Shown piece after piece: positions 1-9,303 of a DNA stretch of 64,000 nt. The notes under the pieces were generated by a model. The model was given only the letters and a program-made list of their open reading frames with translations. It had not been told where the DNA came from and made no database searches. The position numbers and the translations under genes were made by a program. This stretch comes from a virus, in the IMG/VR virus record IMGVR_UViG_3300036790_000178, positions 8,343 to 72,342 of that record; one strand, given 5' to 3'. Numbering within the stretch: the first letter of the stretch is position 1; each line of letters begins with the position of its first letter.

Positions 1-1297
1 CGTAGAAGCCATGCGTCATCGACGCGCCGCCGATATCGTGGATGTACGGCAGGAAGATCCGCACGCCCACACCATCCCCAGCCGCGCCTCCTGCCCGCAT
101 GTCCGCCGTGAATGGCCACGTGCTCTCGCAATTGAATGACCTGAAATAGTGAGCGCTGTTGTCGATGTTGAACAGCCACGAGGCAATCGTATTTGTGCCG
201 GGCGCGACCCTGATGTTGGAGAACTGCATGTAGTGATTCATGCCGGCAGAACCGTCATAAGGGTTAGTTATCCCAGCAGACGATCCGCTCTCCCCGGCAT
301 CCGCAGAGTCCTGGCCGAAGTAGAAAGCGCTACCCGTGTACTCGGGAAGCTCAGGCGCATTTCCGCCAATTGGTCCCGGATATCCGCATATCTTGAGCGA
401 TCCGACGTTGACGCCAGCAACACCACCAGGAGCGATGATGGTCGGAGCGCATCCCGTTACCCTCTGTCCCTGAACCCATGCGGTCGAATTTGGTCCCGTT
501 GTGGCATGCGCCCATGTGCCGCTATTTCTGACGACGCACATGATGCCGGCCTGAGCGCCACTACTCTTGCCGCCAGATACCGTGAGGTTGCTGGCTAGAA
601 CCCCGAGCATGTTGTTGCCGCTCGCGCCGCTTTGCGCGTACTGCTTAGGCGATGCGAACGTGCCGGGATTCGACTCACTTCCGTTGTTCTCGTCTATGTA
701 GACGATGGGCGCCTGAGTCAGGACGATCTGAATCGGATTCCCGCGAAGGTCATTGGTGTTCGACGCCACGCCATTGACCACGACACTCAGCGCGAGAGGT
801 GTCCCAATGGCGAGCGCTTGCACGGCGGCAGAGCCGATCTGGACGCCCAATATCCAGATATCGGGAAACGGCCAGCCCACTGCTCGCGCGGCGACGGCGC
901 AAGGCGCTTGGATGAGGTAGCGATAGTTGGCGATTTCTACGCCGTCGATAAACATGCGCGCGCCCGCTGGCGTACCCATGTTTGCGACGGATCCGGGATT
1001 GGTGAGCGCAACCGCCAGATACCCGCCTGCCCCACCCTCCCCTTCGTAATTGGCCGCCGTCATCCCGGTCGGAATGAAGCTGCTAGACGGCGCTACACCC
1101 GTCGGAACGTCGAGGAAGTCCTGGGCTATGACCAGCGGCGCGCCAGAGCCGCCGCCGGAAACCTGGATGACCTGGCCGCCCTCAACCAATACCACGCCGC
1201 CGGGAGCAACAATCTGACCCCTGGCAGACGGGGGCAGTAAAAGACCCGCAAAGGTCGCCCCAACGCCAGCAAGAGCTGTTCTGCGCGTGACGATCAT
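1..1297 (-). CDS. Tat-signal protein with DUF1565-like motif and right-handed beta-helix (tailspike/depolymerase-like); 3'-truncated by window edge
   Basis: Manual translation from ATG 1297 is open to position 1. It reads MIVTRRTALAGVGATFAGLLLPPSARG, later YIDENNGSESNPGTFASPKQY, then YIHDIGGASMTHGFY. Not in the ORF track because the stop lies outside the window. Confidence 0.75.
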   Translation of the reverse strand, partial: MIVTRRTALAGVGATFAGLLLPPSARGQIVAPGGVVLVEGGQVIQVSGGGSGAPLVIAQDFLDVPTGVAPSSSFIPTGMTAANYEGEGGAGGYLAVALTNPGSVANMGTPAGARMFIDGVEIANYRYLIQAPCAVAARAVGWPFPDIWILGVQIGSAAVQALAIGTPLALSVVVNGVASNTNDLRGNPIQIVLTQAPIVYIDENNGSESNPGTFASPKQYAQSGASGNNMLGVLASNLTVSGGKSSGAQAGIMCVVRNSGTWAHATTGPNSTAWVQGQRVTGCAPTIIAPGGVAGVNVGSLKICGYPGPIGGNAPELPEYTGSAFYFGQDSADAGESGSSAGITNPYDGSAGMNHYMQFSNIRVAPGTNTIASWLFNIDNSAHYFRSFNCESTWPFTADMRAGGAAGDGVGVRIFLPYIHDIGGASMTHGFY

Positions 1298-1298
1298 G

Positions 1299-2033
1299 TC
1301 AATTCACCGGGTGACCGTTGCTGATGAGTGGATGGCCGTTTGAGAGAACTGACGACAGGGTCGGAGCGCTCGGGGCTTGAACCGACAGCGCCGCATGGGA
1401 GCCAATCAATCCGCCGCTCTCAGTCCAGCCGATCGTCACCGTTGAAGCCCCTGCCGCGTATTGTCCTGCGCAGTAGATGTTTCCGTTTGTCGAGCTATTC
1501 GCGAGCGTGCCAGACGGTGTGTAAACAAAGTCGTAAGGACGGCTCCCGACGAAGTCAACTACTAGATCGCCCGTTGCGCTCGTGACAGTGAGAGACGGGT
1601 TGACTGCGTTTGTCACTTGGGATGCGAACGTTCCGGTCCGCATGACCTGCGTAGTCGAGCCGCCCGTCACGCTGATGGAGACACCATTGGCGTAGCTGGC
1701 CGACCCGAGCGTGACCAGAACGGTCTGCGCGCCGGTTGCAGGATTCGCCAGCTCGTAGACGTACATCACATCGCCGCTGGCGTTCGCTGCACTCTGCCCG
1801 TCGAGAGTCATGGTCACGCCGCCGTACTTGACGCTGGTCGGCGCGGCTAGCCCGTAGACTCCCACGATGATTCCGGTAGGAGTTCCTACCGGGGTGTTCG
1901 TCCAGCTTCCGGTGGTGGCGTTATTGACGATCCCTTCGCCAGAAGCACTGTAAGCGACGCTCGCGAACGCCAGAGGACAGGCAAGGAGAGCGGCGCAGAG
2001 AAGCGCCGCTATCAGTCTCAGTGATCGGAACAT
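1299..2033 (-). CDS. Sec-signal beta-rich fibre-associated protein
   Basis: Leader MFRSLRLIAALLCAALLACPLAFA-S; T/S/G-rich beta strands; 1-3 nt from both neighbours. Confidence 0.75.
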   Translation of the reverse strand: MFRSLRLIAALLCAALLACPLAFASVAYSASGEGIVNNATTGSWTNTPVGTPTGIIVGVYGLAAPTSVKYGGVTMTLDGQSAANASGDVMYVYELANPATGAQTVLVTLGSASYANGVSISVTGGSTTQVMRTGTFASQVTNAVNPSLTVTSATGDLVVDFVGSRPYDFVYTPSGTLANSSTNGNIYCAGQYAAGASTVTIGWTESGGLIGSHAALSVQAPSAPTLSSVLSNGHPLISNGHPVN

Positions 2034-2036
2034 GCT

Positions 2037-5000
2037 TTAGCTCCCCATGCACGAGAAGCCGACGACATCTCCCGACGTGATGGTGCCGCCGAGCGTCGCG
2101 CTACTCGCCCCCCACGTGGTTTCGCTCACCGTGTTCGCGGGAGTGGTCTTGTCCACGGCCTTGCAGATCCATGTGCTATTGGGAGCCGTGGGCAGATTCA
2201 CGACGATGCTGGAAGCGCCCGTCGTCCCGGAGCATACAAAGCTGCCAACCGTGGTTCCGCCGACCAGGGTTGTCGTCGTGGCGCATGCCCCGCTACCGCT
2301 GCTCAGGGTGAACGTCGTGCCCTCATCGAGCAGGTACGTGACCGTCGTGGCCGCCGTGAGCTGACCGCTGGAGTTGGTCGAGACCACAGCCGCACTCGTC
2401 GGCACCGCCCCGCCGTTCACCTTGACCACCGTAGTAGCCACGGTCCCGGATGTGGTGGTGACGTCGCCGGTGAGCGCCGGCATCTGAGCCGCCGCCAGAG
2501 TCCCGCTATTGACCTCCGTGGCGGCGATCGACTTATTCGTCAGGGTCTGGGTTGCGGCGAGCTCCACCACCGTGTCGGTCGCGGCCGGGAATGTGGCCGT
2601 GAAGTTCGACGTGCTGGCATTCGCGGTGGCAAGAGCGGTCGTCCCGGTCGAGGAGCCCTTGATGAGAATGTCGCTAGCGGGGAAGGTCTGCGCGGCCGAC
2701 CAGGTATTCGGCACCGCAAGCGCCGCGAGAGACGCCGATGCCGGTATCGTGGTCCCGTTGACGCTGGTCACATTCGGGAGCGACGTCAGGCTCGACGCGA
2801 CGGCATTGGCGGTGATCGTGCCCGTTCCCGTCGTCCCAAGGGTGGCTCCCGTCCCGACCAGCATGGCGGCCGTCGTATTGGTCGCAGAGGTCAGCGCCGA
2901 GAACGCTGTAGCGCCAGTGCTGCTCGCCGTGATCGTGACACCGCTGCCAGAGTTCGCGAGCGTAATGTTCGTGCCGGCGATGAGATTGAGCGCGGTCTGG
3001 CTGGCATTGTTCGTGCCGTTGGTCTGAAGCGTGATCCCACCACCGCAATCAGCCCCGAAGCCCGATACCACTCCCGAGGTGCTGACGTGCAAGCACTGGG
3101 TCGAGCCGGTGATCCCGGAGAGAGTCAGGCCCGAGAGCGTCTGAGTCGCGCTGAAGGTCTGCGCGAGATTCAGTTCTGCCACCGTGCCGGTGTTCGCCGG
3201 GAACGTCCCGGTGAAATTGCTGGCTCCGGAATCCGAAGTGGTCAGCGTCACGAAGCCGGTCGAGGAGCCGAGGAGATCAAGATTCCCAGTCGTCGTGAGG
3301 CTCGCCCCGCTCCCAACCACCATCGCCGCCGATGTGTTCGTGGCCCCTGAGATCGCGCTGAACGCAAGAGTCCCAGTCGTGGTGCAGCCGATCAATTGTC
3401 CCGAGCTGTTGCTCGCGAGACAAGTCTGGCTGGCGGGCACGGTGGCGCCGTTCACCTCATTCGAGTTGAGCGTGCCGGTGCCCGTGGGTCCCAAGCTCGC
3501 CCCGCTCCCGACAAGCATTGCGGCTGCGGTATTGGTGCCACCGGTGAGAGCGCTAAATGCGGAACTGCCCCCGCCGCCGCATCCCGTGCAGCTCGCGACC
3601 GTGAGGTTTCCCGACGCATCGAGGGATGCGACGGAGGCGCCCCCGTTGACGTGGAAGTCAAGGAAATATCCCGCGAAGCCGCTGTTGCCGTTGAACCCCA
3701 TGAAGGTCCCAGCCGTGTTCCACGTCGTGACATTGGTCCCCGCCGAGAACATGAAGAGGGGAACCGTGGTCGTGCCGGTGCCACCTGAGAAAGGCGTGCC
3801 GAGGAACGCCGTTGCCGTCGAGTTCGACGCGCCGTTCTTGGTATTGTTGAAGCCCTGCGAGAAGACCTGGCCGGCGCTGAACGTCTGCCCCAGATTGAGC
3901 TCGGCGATGGTGCCCGTGTTCGCCGGCAGGCTGGCCGTCACGGAACCAAGCGCACCGGTGACCGGCGCAATGGTCACCGTGCCCGAAGTCGCATTGCCGA
4001 GCGCAACCGAACCCGCGGTACCCGAGGCGCCGAGCGACAGCGCGCCCGCGGTGATCGATGCATTCGTGGTGCCGGAGACCGCGGTGCCCGTGGAGCCGTA
4101 GAAGGCGAGCTGGCCCAGCGTGCCGGAGTTGACCGTGCCGGAGCCGGTAGTCGGTGTCTGCCAGGTCGCGGCCGTGGTGCTCGTGGCCGTGAGAACCTGG
4201 CCAGTCGTCGGGGCCGTGGCGGAGCTGACTGCAACCGTCGTCGTGGCGGATTTCAGCCCGTTCGCAACTGTGGCAGTGCCAGCGGTTAGGCTGGCGGCAG
4301 TGCCGGTGAGGTTCGTCGCAACGCCTGAGGCGGGCGTGCCGAGCGCGCCGCCATTCACGGCGAATGAACCCGCAGTGCCTACGTTGACGGCGAGCGCCGT
4401 CGCGACACTCGTTCCAAGCCCACTGAGTCCTGAAAGCGGAGCGCTGGTGGCCGCGATGGTTCCAGAACCTGTGGCACCGAGGCTCGAGCCCGTGCCGACA
4501 AGCATCGCCGCAGTCGTGTTCGTTCCGCTCGTGAGAGCAGAAAATGCGCTGCTGCCGCCACCACTACAGGCGCCCCATGTTCCCAAGCCGGCCGTCGTCG
4601 TCGAGAGTTCGCACTGGCCGGCAGTCGTGGTCGTCGGGGAGGTCAGGATCGGCTGACCATTCGCCTGCGTGTTCGCAGCCGAGCCGGCGACGATGTTCGT
4701 GACGCTCCCTGAATTCGTGCTGCCGTAGGTGGCGCTGACGGCCGCAGCCGAGGTCGTTCCTGTTACATGCTCGAACGTCGCGGCACTGGCACTTCCGCCG
4801 ATCTGCCGATATGAATTGCCGTTGCGATCATCGCGACAGTCAAAGGGAAGCGAGAAAGACGACCAGCCCGTGCAATGCGGCGGCGCGCCATCACTGGCGG
4901 CGGCCGTGCTCGTCGAGAAGAGGTTGTCCTCGTAGACGCCGCTCGTGAAACTGCTGGGGCCATGGAACTGCCAAACATACGAATTGGCGTTGGCCGTGGT

Positions 5001-6599
5001 CGCGGTGAAGCTCGCTCCAGCGCAGTCATCCGAGTCGGTGCAACTGAAATCGAAGTCGTTGTCGTTTTGGATGTAGGTCTGGACGGCCGACAGAAATTCG
5101 ATTTGGCACGCCACATAGCCAGGGAAGCCCGCGACTCCGCAAGTGCCGGGATCGCTCGCGTCGCGCTGTACCTGTAGCCAATCCGTGGGGTTCGCTAAGG
5201 AATCATCCAGCATCGCTCCATGCAATGTGGTGACGCCGCTCGTGGTGGTGCTATAGAGCTTCCAGTTCTTCTGATTGGCTGCTGCGGAAGGGTCCGACAG
5301 CGAGAACGGCAAATCGACACCGATCACGGGATTGCCGGAGATCGCATTCGCCGTGACGGTGCCCGTGCCCGTGGGGCCGAGACTTGCCCCGGTACCGACA
5401 AGCATCGCGGCGGTGGTGTTTGTCGCTCCCGTGAGCGCGCTAAACGCGGTCGCGCCCGTCGAGCTCGCCGTGATCGTCTGATTCGGCCATGTCCCTGTGA
5501 TCGTGACGTTCGTGCCGGCGACGAGGCCTGCGCCGGTTACCGCAGCTCCCAGGTTCGTGGCGGAGGGCGTTCCCAGGAAGGTGGCCACTCCGGTGCCCAG
5601 TCCGGACAAGCCACCCACCGGAAGGCCGGTGGCGTTGGTGAGTGTGCCGGAGGCGGGAGTGCCGAGCGCGATGCCGGACGAAAGAGCGTTGGCGGTAATC
5701 GTGCCGCTACCAGTCGGGCCGAGACTTGCGCCAGTGCCCACGAGCATGGCCGCTGTGGTGTTCGTGCTGCTCGTCAACGCGCTGAAGGCGGAACTGCCAC
5801 CCGCGCCGCAGCCGGCTCCGGAGTCGACGAGATTCCCGGTCGTGGTGCTCCACTGCGCGCAGTGACCTGAGACGAGTGAGCCGCTGAAAGTCGTGAGAGT
5901 CGACGGCAGGTCGGACAGGGTGAGCGAGAGCGGCGCAAGGGTTCCGGCCGTACCAGTTCCGATGACCTGGTGGGCGGTGAGTCCCGTGGCGCCGGCGAGC
6001 GTGAGGGTGCCTGAGCTCGTGACCGGGGAGCCAGAGACGGTGAGCCAGGAGGGAGCCGAGAGGCCGACACTCGTGACCGAGCCGCCGCCGCTCAGGGAAT
6101 GGCAGGCACCATCAGAGCCCAAGAGGATCGTATTGCCGCTGCAGCCGGAGAAGAGCGCGCCGATATCGCTCGCGGCCGCGGTGGTCAATCCCGAGCCGGT
6201 ACCCTTGATGACGCCCGAGAGAGTCGTCGAAACGGTGAGCGCGCCGCTACTCGTGACAGGCGAGCCCGCAACCGTGAAGCCCGCCGGCATGACGAGGCCG
6301 ACACTCGTGACGGTGCCAGCGCTCGAGCACGCCTGCCAGACGAGCGCGGTCCCGTTGTTCGCGAGGCAGTAGCCGTTGACGAGCGGTGAAGGCAGAAGCG
6401 AGAGGACCGCGTCCGAATCCACGAAGTACGTGACGATCTGCGCCGGCAGGATGTCGACCGTGATGCCGCTCTGATCGGAGAGCATCCGCTCGCTGCCGGT
6501 CAGTGGAGATGCGGTCGGGTAGCCGCCCACTTCTTGGGTCGCGGCTCCCGCGGTCGAGAAGACGGCGACGAGCGCGAGGATCGCGAGGAGTCTTTTCAT
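2037..6599 (-). CDS. 1520-aa fibre-like repeat protein with Sec signal peptide and paired cysteines
   Basis: Leader MKRLLAILALVAVFSTAGA-A; fibre-type repeats GTVTSVGL..P..TV.GSPVTSSG and LGTPASG..TN.TG; 24 Cys in 12 neighbouring pairs. Confidence 0.85.
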   Translation of the reverse strand: MKRLLAILALVAVFSTAGAATQEVGGYPTASPLTGSERMLSDQSGITVDILPAQIVTYFVDSDAVLSLLPSPLVNGYCLANNGTALVWQACSSAGTVTSVGLVMPAGFTVAGSPVTSSGALTVSTTLSGVIKGTGSGLTTAAASDIGALFSGCSGNTILLGSDGACHSLSGGGSVTSVGLSAPSWLTVSGSPVTSSGTLTLAGATGLTAHQVIGTGTAGTLAPLSLTLSDLPSTLTTFSGSLVSGHCAQWSTTTGNLVDSGAGCGAGGSSAFSALTSSTNTTAAMLVGTGASLGPTGSGTITANALSSGIALGTPASGTLTNATGLPVGGLSGLGTGVATFLGTPSATNLGAAVTGAGLVAGTNVTITGTWPNQTITASSTGATAFSALTGATNTTAAMLVGTGASLGPTGTGTVTANAISGNPVIGVDLPFSLSDPSAAANQKNWKLYSTTTSGVTTLHGAMLDDSLANPTDWLQVQRDASDPGTCGVAGFPGYVACQIEFLSAVQTYIQNDNDFDFSCTDSDDCAGASFTATTANANSYVWQFHGPSSFTSGVYEDNLFSTSTAAASDGAPPHCTGWSSFSLPFDCRDDRNGNSYRQIGGSASAATFEHVTGTTSAAAVSATYGSTNSGSVTNIVAGSAANTQANGQPILTSPTTTTAGQCELSTTTAGLGTWGACSGGGSSAFSALTSGTNTTAAMLVGTGSSLGATGSGTIAATSAPLSGLSGLGTSVATALAVNVGTAGSFAVNGGALGTPASGVATNLTGTAASLTAGTATVANGLKSATTTVAVSSATAPTTGQVLTATSTTAATWQTPTTGSGTVNSGTLGQLAFYGSTGTAVSGTTNASITAGALSLGASGTAGSVALGNATSGTVTIAPVTGALGSVTASLPANTGTIAELNLGQTFSAGQVFSQGFNNTKNGASNSTATAFLGTPFSGGTGTTTVPLFMFSAGTNVTTWNTAGTFMGFNGNSGFAGYFLDFHVNGGASVASLDASGNLTVASCTGCGGGGSSAFSALTGGTNTAAAMLVGSGASLGPTGTGTLNSNEVNGATVPASQTCLASNSSGQLIGCTTTGTLAFSAISGATNTSAAMVVGSGASLTTTGNLDLLGSSTGFVTLTTSDSGASNFTGTFPANTGTVAELNLAQTFSATQTLSGLTLSGITGSTQCLHVSTSGVVSGFGADCGGGITLQTNGTNNASQTALNLIAGTNITLANSGSGVTITASSTGATAFSALTSATNTTAAMLVGTGATLGTTGTGTITANAVASSLTSLPNVTSVNGTTIPASASLAALAVPNTWSAAQTFPASDILIKGSSTGTTALATANASTSNFTATFPAATDTVVELAATQTLTNKSIAATEVNSGTLAAAQMPALTGDVTTTSGTVATTVVKVNGGAVPTSAAVVSTNSSGQLTAATTVTYLLDEGTTFTLSSGSGACATTTTLVGGTTVGSFVCSGTTGASSIVVNLPTAPNSTWICKAVDKTTPANTVSETTWGASSATLGGTITSGDVVGFSCMGS
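2800..5800 (-). repeat. Six dispersed copies of an approximately 35-aa coding repeat AFSALT..TNTTAAMLVGTGASLG.TG.GTI
   Basis: Six copies counted in the translation (one shortened); coordinates approximate. Confidence 0.9.
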
Positions 6600-6740
6600 T
6601 TCAGGCTACCTGCATGAAGGCAAAGGGAATCCCTGCGGCTTGGCGCCGCATGTCTGATTCGCGCGAGGGAATGGGTTTGCTAACCGCTCGGCATTAAGCC
6701 GCAGTTAGCAATTGACAATCTGAAGGACGTTAAAAGGTCG

Positions 6741-7349
6741 CTATGACGCGGACGCTCTGTATTCGCGGGCGCGGCTCGCATTGCTGTATCTGCAAAGAGC
6801 GCATCGACATCCTTGGTCATAACGTCTGCGCGTGCCGCATGGCGCTGGGCCCTTAGTTCCTTTCCTTGCTCTGTTCATCGCCGCGCTCACTGTCGGACGC
6901 TGATCTGGCGCCAGCAGCGCTGACTTGGCATCCATTCCCTTTTTCATGCGCCTAAATACGGTAGACGTGTTCAGCTGCAAAACTCGGATCCATTCGGTGA
7001 TCGGCCGAGAGACGCCATCAATCTCGACACGGCGTGATGTTTGTTTATTATTGCTCTGCTCTTTTTTCGTTGCCCAGCGGCAGTTCTCCGGCTCGTAGTC
7101 ACCGTCGTTGTCCTTTCGGTCCAGCGACATTCCCGGCGGCGGCTGTCCCATGTCCGCGAGGAAGTTAGCAAAGTCCCCCCATCGAGCGCAGACGCGGATG
7201 CCGCGGCCGCCGTATTGGGCGTACCGGTCGATCTTTGGATCAGTACAACGGCGCCACATATTGTTCCAAACTAGATAGGCTCGAGTTCCAGCGCCGCCGT
7301 GTCGCCAGTTACCGTTTAGCTCTCCCATCCCAGAGGTGCTGCTGCGCAT
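6741..7349 (-). CDS. Free-standing phage HNH-family endonuclease
   Basis: YGGRGIRVCARW..FANFLADMG..P...SLDRKDNDGDYEPENCRWAT motif; lower GC than flanks. Confidence 0.85.
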   Translation of the reverse strand: MRSSTSGMGELNGNWRHGGAGTRAYLVWNNMWRRCTDPKIDRYAQYGGRGIRVCARWGDFANFLADMGQPPPGMSLDRKDNDGDYEPENCRWATKKEQSNNKQTSRRVEIDGVSRPITEWIRVLQLNTSTVFRRMKKGMDAKSALLAPDQRPTVSAAMNRARKGTKGPAPCGTRRRYDQGCRCALCRYSNASRAREYRASAS

Positions 7350-7370
7350 GACGGCAAATTATCGATCAAA

Positions 7371-7907
7371 TTACCCGCGACTGGCCACCAATTTGGCGCC
7401 TGCTCCGAGCCACAGATTGAGTGCCGCGCCGGGGGTCTGCCGGTATGGCAGGAAGTTTTCCGGCAACTTCAGGTACCCACAGCCGCGCCACGCCATGAAC
7501 AGGGATAGCTCATCGCAGAACCATGCTTTGCTCTTGGCCGGATTCTGGGGCGCGTACTCGCGATCCTTGAAGCTGCCGCTGAGAAGCCCGCTGACGAAGC
7601 CCATGATTCCGCGGCTATCGTAGGGCTTCCCTATCTGCCCCAGGCCGGCCTGGAGCCACGGCTCATACATCTCAGGCGTCCCGAACTCGAAAACCGCCCA
7701 GCGGGGCTGAGAATCGAGGTAATGGGCAGGACGGAGTTGGACGCCAGGAGAATATTTCTTGCCCTGGTAGGTCACATGATCGAAGCGCGCATCCAGCGCC
7801 GTCCCATCGTCCAGCAGATTCGCCATGTGCGACCATTGGCCGAAGTCTTCAATGAGACGGGAACTCCAAGAGCTCGCGCCCACCACCATGATGCGTGGAA
7901 GTGTCAT
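7371..7907 (-). CDS. Permuted papain-like (YiiX/YebB-type NlpC/P60) enzyme
   Basis: WSH near the N-terminus, QIGKPYD and WFCDEL; His-before-Cys order. Confidence 0.7.
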   Translation of the reverse strand: MTLPRIMVVGASSWSSRLIEDFGQWSHMANLLDDGTALDARFDHVTYQGKKYSPGVQLRPAHYLDSQPRWAVFEFGTPEMYEPWLQAGLGQIGKPYDSRGIMGFVSGLLSGSFKDREYAPQNPAKSKAWFCDELSLFMAWRGCGYLKLPENFLPYRQTPGAALNLWLGAGAKLVASRG

Positions 7908-7910
7908 GGC

Positions 7911-8234
7911 CTAGTTCCCGAAAACGACCCAGCGAAGCGTGGCGAGGAAGCCGCGCCTCTTCTTCGGGGCGCGCAACGGGATCGGCTCGCTCGGCGCCGG
8001 CTCCGCTACAATCTGCGTCGGAGCCGGTTGATCCGTGCCCCCCGTGGCTAAACCGGCAGCCGCATGCGGGGGGACTTCGCTCACCTTGAGAGACTCGAGC
8101 TGCTCGGAGTTGCTGCGCAGGATCTCGCGCGCTTCGGGTGTCAGCTCCTCCCCGACGACGAGGCTCACGCCCTCTTCCGCCGGCCTCGCGACCTTGGGCC
8201 GCCGCGGCTTGCTCGACTTGCGTTTGGCGGTCAT
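7911..8234 (-). CDS. Hypothetical protein
   Basis: ATG overlaps the upstream TGA; basic N-terminus and short amphipathic C-terminal tail. Confidence 0.55.
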   Translation of the reverse strand: MTAKRKSSKPRRPKVARPAEEGVSLVVGEELTPEAREILRSNSEQLESLKVSEVPPHAAAGLATGGTDQPAPTQIVAEPAPSEPIPLRAPKKRRGFLATLRWVVFGN

Positions 8235-9013
8235 GCGGCCTCCTGCACTTCGATCTGCTGTGCCGCGGCGAGGAGGCCCTGCAGGTCGAAGCCGTTCGGC
8301 GCCGTGCCGCCGGCGCGCACGAAGTCTGGCCACGCCTCGCAGTGAGCCTCCTGGAGGAAGTCGCTATTGCCGATGAGGGACCAGGAGACCGGCTGCAGCT
8401 TTCCCCAGGTCACGACGTACGCGAAGTCGGCGTCGTACTTGACGATCGGGACGTCGTGGCCGCCCTCGACGTTGCCAGCGACGCTCGTCCAGGGCTGGCC
8501 GGCGCCGAAGGTCTGCATCATCTGGTCCGTAACGACGATGCCGAGCCGGCATGACCCGAAGAGCTGCACCGCCCACTTGAGATGCGCGAGGTTGGTCGGG
8601 TCTACGGGGCCGCTGGCTGCTGACTTCTGGCCGCACAGTCCCGTAGTAGTGAGGTACTGGCACATGCCGGTCTCATCGCATCCCTGGTCCGTCGATGAGT
8701 TGCCGGGCACGTAGCCGCCCACCGCTTCATAGAGCGCGAGGATGTCCTGCTGCGTCGGGATGAGGATCGCGCCGGCGTTGGCCGTGCGCAGCATGAGGCC
8801 GTGCCCACTGTCCTCGCAGACGCAGTCCCCGAGCTGATCGTTCAGCCAGCAGATCCAGCCCGCGGCGCTCTGCTTCATCACTGCCGACACATAGTCGTCG
8901 CTCGCGGCGGGCGGGGCGCCGAGCGTGGCGAGCGCCTGATGCATGGCGATGCCGAGGCGCATCGTGCGCCGGGTATGGACCGCCGGCCGGCGGCCGGTGC
9001 GCAGCGCCATCAT
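8231..9013 (-). CDS. Papain-fold cysteine peptidase-like protein
   Basis: LNDQLGDCVC, GGHDVPIVKYD and YVVTWG motifs give a Cys/His dyad pattern. Confidence 0.65.
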   Translation of the reverse strand: MMALRTGRRPAVHTRRTMRLGIAMHQALATLGAPPAASDDYVSAVMKQSAAGWICWLNDQLGDCVCEDSGHGLMLRTANAGAILIPTQQDILALYEAVGGYVPGNSSTDQGCDETGMCQYLTTTGLCGQKSAASGPVDPTNLAHLKWAVQLFGSCRLGIVVTDQMMQTFGAGQPWTSVAGNVEGGHDVPIVKYDADFAYVVTWGKLQPVSWSLIGNSDFLQEAHCEAWPDFVRAGGTAPNGFDLQGLLAAAQQIEVQEAA

Positions 9014-9234
9014 TTGCGCTTCCCGTGATCATGCCCATCACCCTGGACGCACTCCCCGCCGCCACCAGTGGGGTTGCCCTGCGCGTCGTATGTGGTGACG
9101 GACTTCCAGTGTCCGCCGCCTGACTCGCACTGCTCCTGCGGTGTGGGCGCCGGGATGGCGTCGAGGATCGCGCCGACGGTCGCGCACGCGCTCAGCAACG
9201 CTGCGGCCGCCACACAGGCAAGTCTTGCTTTCAT
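9010..9234 (-). CDS. Small lipoprotein (possible o-spanin-like)
   Basis: MKARLACVAAAALLSA-C lipobox; further Cys pair; located in the lysis cassette. Confidence 0.65.
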   Translation of the reverse strand: MKARLACVAAAALLSACATVGAILDAIPAPTPQEQCESGGGHWKSVTTYDAQGNPTGGGGECVQGDGHDHGKRK

Positions 9235-9303
9235 GGACGCTCCAAATGCAGCGCGCCCCGCCAAAGGCGCGGGGCGCGGCATATCCGGGACGGTGGGGAC
9301 GGG

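Noticed and set aside
2800-5800. Fibre repeats considered as DGR TR/VR pairs or invertible cassettes
   Set aside because: Differences are largely synonymous and not adenine-specific. All copies lie in one ORF, and no RT or invertase is visible.
6712-6740. TTGACA on the + strand as an antisense promoter
   Set aside because: No acceptable -10 element at 16-18 bp spacing.
6741-7370. Searched for a stub/replacement start around this HNH and around 48321..49088
   Set aside because: No duplicated N- or C-terminal peptide found; both look like plain intergenic insertions.
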